Assembly (NCBI GenBank): GCA_037447605.1
Contig: CM074815.1
Location: 1,612,001 to 1,676,000, forward strand
Length of the DNA: 64,000 nucleotides
DNA from: Zygnema circumcarinatum SAG 698-1b
Taxonomy: Eukaryota; Plantae; Zygnematophyceae
Direction: 5' to 3'
The position numbers and the translations under genes are program-made. Position 1 is the first letter of the stretch. Each line of letters opens with the position of its first letter. Below, one piece after another: positions 11,901-26,287 of the stretch. Below the pieces are notes generated by a model that searched no databases, was not told the DNA's origin, and saw only the letters and a list, made by a program, of their open reading frames with translations.

Positions 11901-14900
11901 GTACATAACATAAAGCTGTATTTATCTTCCACAGCCGCGCTGGCAATCACACATCAAGCATGTACTACAAATGTCTTTTCATCAGTCAAGTAACATTCCG
12001 TAACCTGAGGCTTCAGCAAATGTGGTATACGAAGTGCTGCAAGAGTGCCGATGTCTTCGGTAGTAGCCGGTGAAACGTCGGTAGCAAATGAAAGATCAGA
12101 AAAGAATTTGAAAATCCTAAATTTACAAAGCTAACTCATCTGTTGCTTTCGACTGTTTAGTCCAAGTTGATGCGGACTGACCTGCAAGCCATCTTGGCAT
12201 ATCAAAATTGAATGGGGTGTCCTGTTTTCTATCAAGAAGCGGTGAGAGAGCCCTACAACCCGCGTTGGATTCTCTGCCATGGGAAGGTTTATTTTGATGC
12301 CAAGTGGCAGCAGCTGATTGCCCCCAGAATGGCATCGGGATGAAAGTGTAATTTCAGTGGAGCCAGAAAGTGAGTCAAGGTCGAGAGGAATTGCGGGAGA
12401 ACAATCTTCCGCTCCTTTTAACAATAACACGCCGGAGCTGCCCCAGCATTCCCCATGTGCCTCTCATCAAACAGCAGGGAGTGGAGGGAGGGAGGGAGAG
12501 AGGCAGGGAGAGCTGGCAGGGAGAGCAGGGAGTACCGCCATGCACCTTGGAGCCTCTTCCGCGGCTCTCACACTAATCATACTTCTGATTCTGATAGGAA
12601 AGTCCTTTCGGGCGGGTGGGCATGCAAAAGACTCACCTTTGAAGCCATGGTATGCTTCCACCAGGTGGGATATCGATAACCAGCCCTTCGGAATTATCTG
12701 CAGGCCATTCAAGTTGCTCCACTGTCCCTCTCCCTCCTTTCTTTCTGCAAAGAATATCACCATCAGAACCAGCTCAATTGCTAGACTCGTCATCCAGGGT
12801 AAAGTTCAGAATGTCAATTCTAGAGGAGGGATGTATGCTTCCGAAATCAGGTCGAAGCTCGGCATAGGAGGAATGGGAAATGGAAAGGGAAAGGGAAAGG
12901 GGCTTCAAGTTCTCAATGGTTAATAAATAATCAACTCAGGAAAATTTGGAATTAATGCGATGTCAAGTCTTACCTTCCACCTTGTTGCCGACGTATTCCC
13001 TTGGAACAAAGAAGACGCTCGCTGGTATCATTTCGCAGCTCATACTTTGAGAAAAGTGTGACCTGCAGGCTACCATTTTAAGCTCGTAAGCAGTGCTTTT
13101 GTCTGAAAACCATAGCCAGAAAAGTCAACTTCCTCCCTTAACTAGAAGGGCTTCAAGATTTGCCTTACAAGAAAGTCAAAACGGAAGTCTTGCAATTAAA
13201 CCCAGAACGAGGACGAGGAAAAGAAGCGAAAGCGACATCACTAGACGTGACTTTGATAGAGGGCACATATCTTTCTCGACTTCAAACATTCCGCTTACAA
13301 GCCATGAGTTGTTCAGAAAGTAGTGCTCACCAAGGGCACACCATCTTCTCCACTAGATGTGAGCAGCTGCAGCACAGATCTGTCCTCAGCAAACGAGACA
13401 GTAAGCTCCCTCGCAGGCCCACTTTTGGCAACAACCGTGGTCTCGTTTGCCCCTCCTTGACTACTACCAGCTTCGAGGCACGCAGCGCTGCTTGTGAGAT
13501 TGCGGGAAGGGTCATGCACAACCAGAAATTGCAGAGAGGGGTCTGCATGCAAGCACGCTTGCTTTCCCCCCTGACGAACTTTGCTTATAGTGCTGCCCAC
13601 TTTAGCGGACTCCTCCCACTCTGTCAAGCCCCTTCCCCAAACAGAGAAGTAAACGGCTGCCATGCTGCTGGAACAAGCGATATCCAGCTTGTTATGCTCC
13701 ATACAATTTTGACCGGGCAACTAGGTGTACATGCATGGAGGTGATATCAGTAAATGCTCCCAAAATGAGCATCCCAACTATCCCTCAAGTTCACCCTGCA
13801 AGTAGGGTTTCGACCCAGGCCGGAAGTACTACTTTTCTTACCGGTGGTTGAAATGGAATGAAAGATACGATCGGGGTTGGATCCCACAGCCACAAAAACT
13901 GCAAAGGGTAGAAGATTCCGGACTCGCAAAGTGGGGAGGAAGACAAGTTCTCGCTGTGCTATCCAGACGTGTACCCTTTCTTTCCTCCCACCTTCAGCAG
14001 TCTGTTCCTGCGCATAGCGCTTCACATGCCCATCTTTGCCAACACTACGAATCGGAATTTCCCGCTTTGTGCAACGGACAAGAAAATGAAGGCCCTTGAT
14101 GTTGGCCCTCGTTTTCCTTTCTAGCGAATCATAGTCGACGGATTCCTGATCGAGCTTAGAATTCATCGTAGCTCCCATCAGAACGGATTCACTCGGGTTT
14201 GCAGCCTGCTGCTTCTCAAATTCGCAAAGGAGTGAGCAGAAGGAAGACTCCAAACTTCGACCGAAAACTTCGCCCATTGTCTGGCGAAAGCTGCGCTGCA
14301 GTTTTTCCATCCACCCCAAAACTCGGATGGGTCTCCCACCTGCCACGTCTTCAGACCACTTGAGGCTGAAAGAACCGGGAAAGGAATCATGGTTGATGTC
14401 GCTGAACTTAGGCCGGATTGAAAGCAAGTAATTTCCTGCAAGCGATAGAAAAGCAGGTCCGTCAGCAAACAATTCTAGATGGAGAGAAAGGGTGAGTCGG
14501 TTTGCCAACCTCTTTTCCAATAGAGAAAACTCACAGTGAAGGTTTGTAGAAGGCTGTCAATGATCGTAAAGAAGCCACAGAAATCCCTTTGCTTCTCTGC
14601 TTCAAAGAATATCAAAGTGGCATACAATTTACTGGGCTGGAAATAAAGGCAAAGCAACCAACCGATGGTTAAGGCTGCAACGATTTTTCGTCTCTCTCCA
14701 CTCAACGCCATCGACTCGAACGCCACCATGGCATCATCAAAGACTCCTCCATCGGGTATTTGGATGACGTTGCTCTCCCCTCCCTCCTGCTCAGCTGCTC
14801 CTTGCTGCATAGGCCGCCGCAACCGAAGCTCCAAAGGGAGTCCGCTATCATTGCGAAGCACAAGCAGAGGCGAAACAGACATACGCATGCCTTCCTGCAG

Positions 14901-17900
14901 TCCAGCATTCTCCCGTGTAAGAGTCAAAATTGGGTAAGTGACTGCAGAAAACGTTGAAATAGGCGTGTGGTTGGCTGCATACCGATGTTTGTTGGGAGAC
15001 GTCGAAGACCAACATGGCACCTGAAGAGACCTTGGTATCTCCTGCTCCGTCCAATACGCAGTAACAAGATTTTTATTATATGGCTGCTTGTTGCATCGGA
15101 AAGAAAAGAAAGGTTAAAGTAGCAGCTTTCGATAGTTGTAGCATTCACAGATAGGAGCACCCACCTGATGCCCCAGTGCTAAGCAAGCGGGTGCGCACAG
15201 CCATGGCTCCGGCCTCTGCCAGAGATAGAAAAAGAGGTGATGTTTCTGCTCCGGCTGTTCCTTTCAGACGCAACACTGCCTCTGAGGTGTTCTGCAAAGG
15301 CTGCATTTCACGCCGTGAAGTTTTATGCCTGCCATTCCAAAGAAACAGGCAGCTAGATCAGTTGATCATGGAGCATTATTCTTAATGCCCAATGAGCAAT
15401 AGACAAACGTGCAAGTTTACAAACTGCATTTACTTTATCGCGAAGCGGCAGGATGTGTTTTTAAGGATAGCAATTCATACAGTTTCGATTCTACTTCAAA
15501 ATTTCAATCCAGTCCCAATTCCAGCAAACGGCACAACTTTCCCGATTGCTTCAAGTTCAAAAGCAACGGTTTCTGGCTTTTGTTGTTTTCTCATGAGAGA
15601 TTTCAATGCCAACAAGTGGTCTCAAGGACCAGTCACTTAGCACGAGTATGTTCACATACACTTGAATGATGATGGCAAGTTCAACACCTGCCATCAAACC
15701 TCAGATCTACATGGAAACCACTCGTTTCTCCCACATATCTGATGCAGTAGACACAATGACCTTGTCCCTTCAATTATTTAGTCAATAAACAAATTGCAGA
15801 ATGTCCATCAATGTACTATGTAGTCATGACAAGCCGACCTGATGAGAAATTGAGAGGTAGAGCGCGCATTTACAACTCCTGCTGTGCGTTCGTTATCGCC
15901 ATTGAAGTGACAAAGCAAGTCGATTCCCGTATCATTGCTCACCTGCAGCCCTCTTATAGCACTAGGCTTGTCAAACATCTTCAGAGCCCTTCTCAGCCTT
16001 ACAAGAAACAAGACAGCAATAGCTTTTGAAAGGCCATCCTTGGTTCCATACCTGACAGCGGCTCGCCAGCACAGGAGAATGCTTCACGTTATAAGGACCA
16101 GCAAGCTCAAGGCACCCCACAAGGAAGAGTATCGCATCAAGAATCTCTTCGCTTAAAAGGAGTTCCACCTGCATTATCTCATCCACTCCGATTAGAATTT
16201 GCGTACCTGTCCTCTGCGATGTGATGACTAGGTGAAGGCAACTGCAGCACGTTTACATTGGTACAAAGGCCTAGCATTTTTTAAATCTTCAATTTCTAGA
16301 TTTGGTATGGATCTGGAAGACACTGCACCTTGCCAACGTTACAGAAGAAAGTGGCAGGCGGTCGGGGGAAGCCTGGCAGAACGGATGCCTTTTCAATAAA
16401 CCTCATTCGGAAGAAGAGATCCATAGGAATCCGCTTAATGGCTTTGCCCCTGCAAGCCGAAACAACAACAAAGAAATAAACGCAGTGACATTCTCTGGTG
16501 TGCGTTCTGCCCGCAACAGCATGTTAGTGAACATAATTCCAATCAATGTTCTTACCATTGGTTTTTACTGGCATCGTAGTAGTCCATGGCCAGACTGCAA
16601 TCCAGTAAAAGGCGAGCTTTGGATGGGCCTACATGCGCTACCCCTTCAACTCCCTCTAGACAGACCTGCAAAATGGGCAGCATGTGAAGCCCCGAGGCCG
16701 CATCATAGAGAACAATAATGCGGGCCTTGTTCATCAGTAGTCGCACAGCCGGCACATTAGCCACTGCACGGGCCACCTGCTCCATTCCCATGCTCTCTCC
16801 CTCACCCTCTCCCTCCTCCACTCCGTCAATCTGTTGATGCAACGACGGAGCGTTTCCTGCAGGACCGCCCCTTGATAAAGTCCTAGAACCGCTTGGATGC
16901 TTGAGCAAGCCTTGAGAATTTTGGCCTGCTGTGGAAGGAAAGGGAGCTGCCAATATGTGCACTTTGAGAGCATGAATTGGCTGTTTAGTGAGAATGGGTA
17001 TGCCATCCACGAAGTTCAAATACCGACCGCTCTTCTCGTTAACCAGCTGATATCTCGGCCCATGCTTGCAATCATAAAGGCTCAAGTCTCCATCCTCGGA
17101 GAGATACTCAGCTTCACCTGCATCTCCTAGAGCTTTATGAAGCTGCAGCTGCCAAAGATCGCAGGCCCCCTTCTTCGCAGCAGAAACCTGCACTTGACCG
17201 CTGCGTGGCTCAAACTGCAACCGCAACGCTTCTCCAGTTGGGCTCCTACCATGTAGTGAGAGGAGATTGAAGCGGGAGGATGTTTTCTCCCCTTTAGGAT
17301 AGTCCACCTGCAAAGATAACCGGATAGGAATCTGAGGATTTCAGGAAAATAGTGCGGAGAGTCGATGGTGGGAGGATCGCTGATGCAAACTTTGGGTCTC
17401 TTTCTATAATTCTGGTAGCAAAAAAGAGCACACTTTTGGCTCATCTAGGTTTACGTAACAGCCTGACCTCACAAAGTAGGGAACAATTACAAACCTTAAA
17501 CAAGGACCCATCTTGACTCAAAGAGTAGTGGGTGCTGCCGACAAGGCGATACATGCCCTGTGCTTCTCCGACTTCTTGGACTGTCAAAAATTGCCGCTCT
17601 GACATATCCTTGATGGCCACCACTGTCCCTGCCACCCCCTGCCAACCTCTTGGGCTTCAGAGCGGGACAATGGCAATCACTGCTGCTCCTATCATTGCAA
17701 ATGAACAGAAAATGACCCTTTCAATCACTCCACAACTTGAGTGGTGTCTTTCTCTCGGAAGGATCCTTAAGGAGGCTTGGAAAGAACGCTGACAGTTAGC
17801 AAGAAGACCCCACTTCAGGTACATTAAATAGGCTTCAACTAAAGGCTAAAAAAAAATGACGAAAGACCCAAAAAAAAAAAAAAAAAAAAACTGCTACTGG

Positions 17901-20900
17901 TAAACTGCTACTTGTTTGCGCATGCTGGATTGCTCAGTAATGCGCTAAAAAAGGAGTGAATCCCATGAGGGATAGCGGCATATTTTTCTATGTAAAACCG
18001 TAGATAAGAAGAGGCCTTTCAATCTATCGGATGGACGCCAGCAGGATGCTTCTGTTAATGTTTGCCACTGACAAGCAACGCGGAAAAAGAGTACAGCCAT
18101 ATCATGTCAAACACGACGATTTTTCTAAACGGTATGTCTCCTTCCATACTTCACTGCATGCCAATCTCGTGTATGTATGGAGTAGCTGATTGCAAGGACG
18201 GCAGGCCGTCCAGTTGTCCCCTACAGTGGAGTCCAAATGCTGTGTGCATCTCCGATGTAATATTATATATGGTATTGTTGAAGCACTCATAGCACAGCCC
18301 TTAACAACGTATCTTCAAAGATGCATTCCCGAACTCACCCTGCTCCCATCTGGTGGTTTCTCGCGCAGGCTCCATATGCTCCCTTGGCTGACTGTGCCTT
18401 TCTTGAGAACTCACTTCAGGAGATGTGGTAGAGGAAGGAGGAGAGGCAGAAGAGAAAGGGGCTGCTAGGGCCAAAAGGAGCTGCACAACCACCACCAATC
18501 GAGCCTTTACAAAAGTGCCAAAAAAATCGATGAACCTTTGCTTCCTGCTAGCGTGTGAGCGGGACGTCCATTTCCCTGACGGCTGTTCGACTCGATATCA
18601 GCTGTCGCATTAGAACGTCTCATTTCTTAAAAAAAAATAATAATAATAACAACTGAAACAGACTCGTAAGATTTGTGGTTATGTTTCCTTGTTAGCACTA
18701 ACAGGAAGTTACCTTGATCTCAGATATCGTTATCGCTACGTCCAAGCCCTTCATCTCCATCTGTCCCTGCCAGGCTCCCGCCCATGTCTTTGCAGCTTCC
18801 TCTGCCGTGGAATGAAAGGTTTCAAGCAGAATACAGGCTTGCAGGTCTTTGAGAAGACAATCATCTTCCTGGAACAGAGGAGACCTCTGTTGCTGTGAGC
18901 TACAGCGCCTTATCTCTGACGTTGTTCTTCCTATCCAGCTCCTGCTCCTCTGTCCGCTCTCAGTGCTCAGACCATCTTCACTGGGTTGATTATCCGATGA
19001 GGAAGACTGCCGAGCAGAAATAGCCAGTTCAGGTCGAACCGATTTGATAGATATTGGGCCGAGTGTAAAAGAAACACTCATATTAGAATTCTTTGCAAAA
19101 AGACGAGTAGCAGCATCCACTTGAAGCAGAATGCCTTCAGTCGAGCCTGCACACGTAAATAGAACCAGCAAACGTCTTCAGCTGGAAGCCTTTCGTTTCT
19201 TCAAGCTTGTAGATTTAGTCTTCCATCATCATGTTGTCTATTAGGCCATAATGGAGGGACACAATGCAGGAGCGTATTGGAAGAAAAATGAACTGAACGG
19301 GACAGCATTGGTAGTATCACAATTAACATGCAATGCAAGGTGTGATAGCAAGAAGTCAGCAATGGCACGTATGATAGAAGCGAGCATAGTCGCACCTCTT
19401 GATGGACCACACAAACCAATATGCCCAATGAGGCCTATTTCCACAACCCAATACAATATCATTTAGCAAGAAATCACCCATCATCAAGTCAGGCCAAGCT
19501 TACTTCTCTCAGGCTGGCCATTGGTCAACAGGAGACTGAAACCCTTCAGCTGCATGGACGCTGAACCCTCCCAGGCACATGCAGACTTAGCCTCTGGCAA
19601 CCGTTGCTCCGCTACCGCTGACCGTTCAGCTGAGGAACTCATATTCTCGATCGCCAAAAGACTTGAGCCACATAACTCAAGCGAAGCGAGAAGGTGCGCA
19701 AGCGCAGTTGTCTCTATTGAAAATTGACCTCCCTGCATTTCACCCAGCCGATTCCTCATGAAGAGGTTCCACTTTCCAGGAATACCAATGCACATATCTG
19801 AATAACAGTTGATGAGCGTGGGCATGAACAGAGGAAAAACTGTGACAATAAATCCCCTAGTTTTGACAATCGGTCGTACGCCTCCCAAAATCGCTTTTAC
19901 TGACATTCGATCATTAATGTAAGCAGGCCCGACATCCTATTCAATGAGCAAAGGGACCTCTCCACTTGTACTTTACCTCCATGGCGGCTGAGACATAATC
20001 GAAGTCTGGTGTGACCCCCACACAAAAAATCAAGTCGTCACCCCAACTTCTGAGGTGATCCGAAGCACTCTCTCCGGATGCAGAATCAAGCGAAACTACA
20101 ACCAACGGAGCCACTTGGAGAAAGCAGGCTGAACCCATTGGCAGCTGCTGAAGAAGATCACTGCTGCCTGACTGAGAGTCTCTAGGCTGCACGTACACAG
20201 TGTTAAATAGGATTTCCGTAGGGCAGCCTTGATTTAGGCCCCAATCTTTCGCTTGCTTCCACGACTGAAGCCGCTCCTCCAATGTGGGAAGGCTTTCGGG
20301 AGAGCTACATCCTCGTCTAAATGAAAATTGCTCTTCTGCATCGCTTTGGAGCAATCTTCGCAAACTCCAAGTGTCTTCTCTTTCATAAGCAATAGTCTCA
20401 TCAGGGTTCCCATCTTCGCACGCTATGACTTGCAGAACACATCCCGGCAACAAACACACCGCTCTTGACGATAAATTCTGCGAACCATCTGATGGAACCT
20501 CTCCAGCGGTAAAGCGAAGCAACGAAAGGCCAACCCTTACGTCAGTTGACGAGCCATCGCCCACGAGGATATCACTAGTGAAACCTTTGACCATAGCCTC
20601 AACTCGTTGTCTGTGCGTGTACTTGAAGGCAGATCCCTTCATCGCATGGCCTCCATGTTGTCGGCGAGAATCTGTACTCTTGGATCTGCTCATGCGTTGC
20701 TCTCTCTCGACTTTATTGTTTTGCAAGTTTGGAGCCTCTTCGGACGAACGAGTTTCTTGAGAAGGCATGGCTACCAACCAATTGCAGACCAGCTTGAGGG
20801 TCCCTACTCGCGCTCCCACAGCCACAGCTACTGTAGACAAGGAAGGTCCTGTTTCAGGTGAGGGCGAGAATTGTGGAACACTCGTACTTGAAGCGTTTTC

Positions 20901-23900
20901 TCGTTCGCCACTGCAGCTAGGAGCAGCTTTTTCCAAAGTTTCACTGCCAAAGGCGCTTGCTGACATCTCTTGGAATGTTGACAAAAGCTGCAGACAGGAA
21001 GCAGGTGCGGTGAAGACTGTTAACAACTTCCCTTTCCTTTGATGTCCCACCGCAAAGTCAGTCACGAAGAGAATCGCGACTGAAACTCAGCAAAAAAAAA
21101 AAAAAAAAAACAGAAATGAAGCACTTCAATAAGGATGCAAAGGAGCAGAAAGAAGTTGAAATAATGCAGAAGAGGTTGTACGACCTCCACAACACTACAG
21201 CCAAATGGATGGTATCGGGAGACCTGTGAAATTCCAGCAACAGCTTCAGGTGTCAGCTTGAGCCCCAAATAGGGCACGTCCACCACCATGGCCGCAGAGG
21301 TGCTGCTGCCTGTCCCAAACAATGAGCTCCAATAGTCCCTGCACCCACGGCTCCTTGTGTCGCTTAAAGTGCCAAATATTCTCGCAAATGACGAAGCAGG
21401 ACGACTAAAGCAGCAAAGATACACCGCCGTGGAAAGAAGACGGGGATAAACAAAATGAACAGATCAACAGGTGTCGAGCTAAAAATGAGGAGTCGCTGCA
21501 GAGACGAACATACATGTGAATAGAAGAATGAATATTGAGAGATGCTGGCTCCACCAAGGCCTCACTGTGACCGCCATGGACTAGAAGGAGGCCTGCATTG
21601 GTAACAGAGAGGGCCAGGCCCGTCCATCTCTCACGATGCTCCAAGTACAGCCCGCGAACATCGGCTCCGGGAATGGCAGGTCGGGGTGGACGCCTCTCCC
21701 ACGCTGCCCTCTTGACAGCCTCTTTCCAATTGCCTGTGTTCTGTGCAGGGCCTTCGAAATCATTTTTGAGAAAAGAAAAGGAGGGTAAACATGCAGATTC
21801 TTGTGATTGATTGTTAAGACTCGACGACAGTTTAGTTGGAGGTTGGATAGGACAAGCTGTGAGCTCCAAATCACCCAAGTTCAGCTCAAGCCTCAAACCC
21901 TCGGGCTCTCGTCGATGGTGACTAATGGGAGAGTTACTGAAGGAGCTAGTACTATGTAATGGCGAATGGAGGATAATTCGGGGTCCTTCTATGGCAAGAG
22001 AGCCTTGTAAGCTCAACAAGGGACCTATACCCAGTAGTGTCTGTCTCAGGATGCTCAGACTAATAGACTTCAAATTGTTTGCGACCTCCCTTAAGCTCAC
22101 AGCCTGTTCTTCTGCCTGTGACTGGTCGTTTTCAGGTCTGCGTTTATTTAGAAGGTGTTGACTTGAAAAATCGCTGCTACTCGCATGTTTTAATTCTTCA
22201 CCAACACCTTTAATAGCTTGTGTGCCCAGCACATATGAAAGGTCCTTAACAAGAGGTCCTAAAGTGTGAGGTAGGTCTGAAGGAAAGGAGGCATCAAGCC
22301 TTCCCATAGCAAGTGCACAAGCTAACAACCCCGACGATAGCCCTCCCGAAAGGCCATCGGCGGGGCTTCCCAGTTCTAGCAGAAGGAAGGGCCTTCCTCT
22401 TCCTCTTGCCATTTCACCATTTCCTTGCGACATATTTTCACCAAAGAGCTGTTTCCGCTGTGGTTCTTGACTCTGTCCTCCATTTTCCTCCTGTTTTGAA
22501 CTTTTCCCTGCTGATAGAAGTCGCCACGGCAGCCAGCGACGCCATACGGAACTAGAAGGCATGGCTCTTCCTTTCGGGTCTGGAAACGTCTTGAAACCTG
22601 GACGAACGAGTACAGGGGCCACGTCTGACTTCGATGTCAAAAGCAAACGGTTAGAAACAGCGTTACTTCTCAGCAATATTTCTGGGGAAGAAAGTGGACC
22701 CGACCATCTATGCCAAACATTCTCCTGTGACACAGACTCAGCGTCAGCATCTTCAAACACCTCTTCGTTCTCCGAACTGCCTTCTTCGTCATGATTTTCT
22801 TGATAATCAGGTACGTTATCGGTCTGGACAGTTGTGGTTGACTGAACGCTGGCGAATGACACATCCCCTTGAACATGTGAGCATTCAACTTCCACCAGTC
22901 TGCCTTGGTCTCCAACCTGGCATGCAAAAGAAAATCCAATCCATGAAAGGCAGACGACTGGAAGGCCACTTTTCCCTGCACTCGAAGATTCTACAGTTTT
23001 AAAATTCACGGCATTATCTGTCCGTGGAGAGGCTTTCGACAATAGAGAAGGAGCGAGCATGAAGGAGCCATGTCGACTTTGTACAGTGTACATAGAGTTT
23101 CTGTTGGTGCCCCACTGTTCCGCGGTATGAACTCCCATAAACAAGCCTGAGCGCGTGTTTCCCTCTGATCCTTCAGGACCTCTAACCTTACGTCTTGCAA
23201 TTCGCCGAGCTAAAGCCACAGCCTCCAGAGGAATCTTAGTCTCAGCTTCAGCCAGCTCTGCTTTCAAACTGCTTCCACTTCTTCGACTACTGCTTGAAGT
23301 ATTGACTCCCCGGCTTCTCCATGTAGAAGCCTGTGTCGTCCCCCAGTGTTGCATTCGCAACCAGTCCTCATATAACACCGCATAGTGGTGTCGGGCCGTC
23401 CCTGCCTTCAGGGCATGTTCCAAGCGCTGCCGGGAGCTCCTTCGTAAAATAAGAGCGGTTGCTTTACGCCAAAGCTTTCCTGCTTTTGTGAATGTCAGAG
23501 CATTTGACCCCCCGTCTTTGAATAACGAATTTGCAATGGCATCAACGTCTGCGTCTTTCGCGCACTCATTGCTGAGTGGTGCATACGGATGGGCCTCCTC
23601 TACTACATCACCAGAGCTACAAGAGCAGTTTGGTGGCCCAGGACCTTGCATCGCAGACGCGACGGCAAGGAGTGGGCTGATGTCAGCCGTTTCCAGCTCT
23701 ACGCATACGCCCATGATGTCTGCCTCCAACCCCTGAAGACCACCGTGCCGTAGCTGCAACTGTAGTCTGAGGTCACTAGGAAGCAGCAAATGACGCCGCT
23801 GACCCCCACTGCTGTTCAAAGTCTGATTTTCTACATTTTGCTGGTCATTCAAATCACTCATTCCCTCCTTTTCTTGAAGACTTTCCATGCTAGTATGACT

Positions 23901-26287
23901 TCTGTGGCTATTTGTAGAAGCCTCACCTTCTGTCTCAAGCCAGGTGTAAAGCCCAACAATGTTGCAAAGCATGTCTATACACTTTACTTGGTTATCAGTA
24001 GGAGAATTACTAAGAACGCCAACAGTTCTAGAAAGACCGCTTTGCTGGTTAGCTGAACTAAACCACCCTCGCTTGAGGCTTACGCTAGTGACCCCGGCAC
24101 AGACGTCAACGCGAAGATAGCCTGCTGAGTGAGCCAGAAGGTGCACAGTTGCATTGCGAATTTCCACTTGCAAAAGTGCAAGAATTGCATCAGTAATGCG
24201 TGTTGTGGCAGCATCACCTATGCGCGCCGCCATGCTAGCATTTGTCTTTTCCTCCATGGCCTCCACGGCAGTGTGAACAGCTGCTCCCTGTCTATCCCAC
24301 CACATGTAAGCTCCAGAAGCTAGCGAGGAACATGCATGCCAGCGTCAGGAAAGCCTATCGGCAAAAGGTTATTGAACGGAGGCTCATGAAGACTTCAGAG
24401 GTTCAGACCAGTACCAAGCCATTTGAAAGAAAACAAATCACTGGACAAACTGGTCCAAAGGGGCCGAGTATAAAGTTGCGTCTCAGATATTTCCTTATAA
24501 AAACAAAGGATAGCCATCAAGTCCAGACGCAAATTCACTCGAAAATAACTTGCTCAACGCAATGAGAATAATGCTGTGGCCACAAGGTTAGCCACATGAG
24601 CAATCTATAATCGGCTTACAAGGTGGGACCCAGGCCAAGGGGGGCGGAATGAGTACAGATTGCGTTAGCAGTGGCATACAACTTTCGACCATATCGTGAT
24701 TTGTGCATCTGTAATCTTTTCTATCTTAATTCTGTTCAAAAAAAGAAAACTGGCTCTTCTAGATCGGAATCGACATTTGCACTGTTTCATGAAGGGCACC
24801 GTCGTGTCCTATAGGATCCATTAACCTGTTTTTTCTGTTGCTGTCTATTGAGAAATTTTAAATGGTTCGTCCCCTTCCATGTTTTTTAGACAAGAACCGC
24901 TGTAGGATTTGCTTCACAAATCTCCTCCCTGATATGACCACGCTCTCTCAAAGTCAACGTGGCTGTCAACAAAACTTTAATGACCACCGACCAAGAAATC
25001 TGTGCAAGACAGCTCCAGAACTGTCCGATACTAATGAGCCTCACAGCAACAGATTTTTGAAATGTTAACTTTATCGCTGAATGATTGATCTTGGTACGAC
25101 TGGTCGGATACCCCGTCTAGACTCAAGCGCAGAATATGGGCCAAATCATCGTCGCACAGCGGACGACCTGTGACTTCGACAATTCCAGCTGTTTTTTTCG
25201 GGAGGTGCTTCACCAGTGTAATGCAGGCTTCCATTCATGTAACTGAAGTCACACGCGAATGAAAGTGGCACTATGAAAATAATCTTGTTCATTTAAAAAG
25301 ATTTTGAGACGACACTCGCATGGTTGGCATTGTTCCTCACCTCTGGATCAAGTGCCGTTAGGCGGCCACTACGAAGCTTCTCTTCAGACTTGCTGGCTTG
25401 TTCTGTCCACCAAGGAGAATCTTGTGCCCTGTAATTGTCATAGCACCGGATTGTAAGTCAGACATCTACCTGCAAACAAATGAGAAGAACGTTGTATTTT
25501 TCCCAAGAACTAAAGCAAGAGCTTCTCGTTCACAATGTCACTCTCGGAGAATGCTTCACAGCGGTCACCGGCCAGATATTCAAGTAACTTTCCGCGGAAT
25601 CATATGAGTGCCTGAAGGCTCTGTACATGAACATGTATACAATGGATATCTTCACATGAACGTTGTTGCAGCTCGAGAACTACGCTGCCAAGAATGGGGC
25701 TTCGAGGCGCTATTGAAGGCTGCTTAAATAGGCCATCATCAGAAAGGTGAAGCTTCGATTGAATAACAAGAATACGGATAACAAGCTCTTGCTGAAACTT
25801 TAGAGGCCGGGCTGTCTCCCGAATGATGTTTCACAGTTCTCTTTTAACTTCAATAATGACATTCCTTGCCACATGCAATGCAAGAAAACCGGCAAGTAAC
25901 TCTTGGTGTGAAATGTAGCCGCGTTTCTTGATTGCGAGGGCCATTAACATGACGTATTCACTTCAACTTGAAAACGAGTTGAAGGCAAGACAGGATACCA
26001 AAGAAGAATCACCTTGGCTCGAGGAACAGGTGAAGGTTTTCAAGTTGCAAATTAATTGCGTCCACTAGCAGAGGCTTCAGCTGCAGTACAAGCCCGCCTA
26101 TACTGCCCCTCTTCAAAATCACAGGCAGGGAGACCAAGTAGCTGTTTATCGATTCCACTCGAATATCTACGTCTGACAACTCCACTCTTCCCTGCAGCAA
26201 GCTCACTCTCAGCGCGTTCAGATTCACGACAAGAAACGTTGACAGTTGGTGCGCCAGCGCCTCGGACAGCCACCGGTCGAGCACCAT
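5981..26287 (-). CDS. VPS13X: VPS13X-type vacuolar protein sorting 13 (bridge-like lipid transfer protein), multi-exon. First exon ~26012-26287, last exon 5981-6331
   Basis: Chorein-like N-terminus (MVLDRWLSEALAHQLSTFLVVNLNALRVSLLQGRVELSDVDIR). VAB-repeat motifs (PLLVLRNDSGLPLEL, LPTLRVRNLLPF, HRFLIENRTPHSI). C-terminal blocks typical of plant VPS13X: IYFERFEIHPIKVSLS, MRAVYVARGSKLLPPSFISLFDD, YVEGYLQAMVDALFKQDYLRVKV, QVVLKNLPPN, FLDGRLCRQIPNPFVRRVVSGFLLSF. Many internal exon borders were not resolved individually. Confidence 0.93.
16552..17313 (-). CDS. VPS13X: VPS13X exon(s) with a beta-trefoil-like motif upstream of the VAB region
   Basis: 253-aa ORF containing SLHGRSPTGEALRL and YQLVNEKSGRYLNFVDGIP, as in plant VPS13X. 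Confidence 0.7.
   Translation of the reverse strand: MQVDYPKGEKTSSRFNLLSLHGRSPTGEALRLQFEPRSGQVQVSAAKKGACDLWQLQLHKALGDAGEAEYLSEDGDLSLYDCKHGPRYQLVNEKSGRYLNFVDGIPILTKQPIHALKVHILAAPFPSTAGQNSQGLLKHPSGSRTLSRGGPAGNAPSLHQQIDGVEEGEGEGESMGMEQVARAVANVPAVRLLMNKARIIVLYDAASGLHMLPILQVCLEGVEGVAHVGPSKARLLLDCSLAMDYYDASKNQW
21516..24300 (-). CDS. VPS13X: Largest VPS13X exon (~2.8 kb; borders approximate)
   Basis: Lies in the 966-aa ORF 21405-24305; VPS13 N-region helix (KLWRKATALILRR...HYAVLYEDWL); probable donor ccacat|gtatgt near 21515. Confidence 0.75.
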
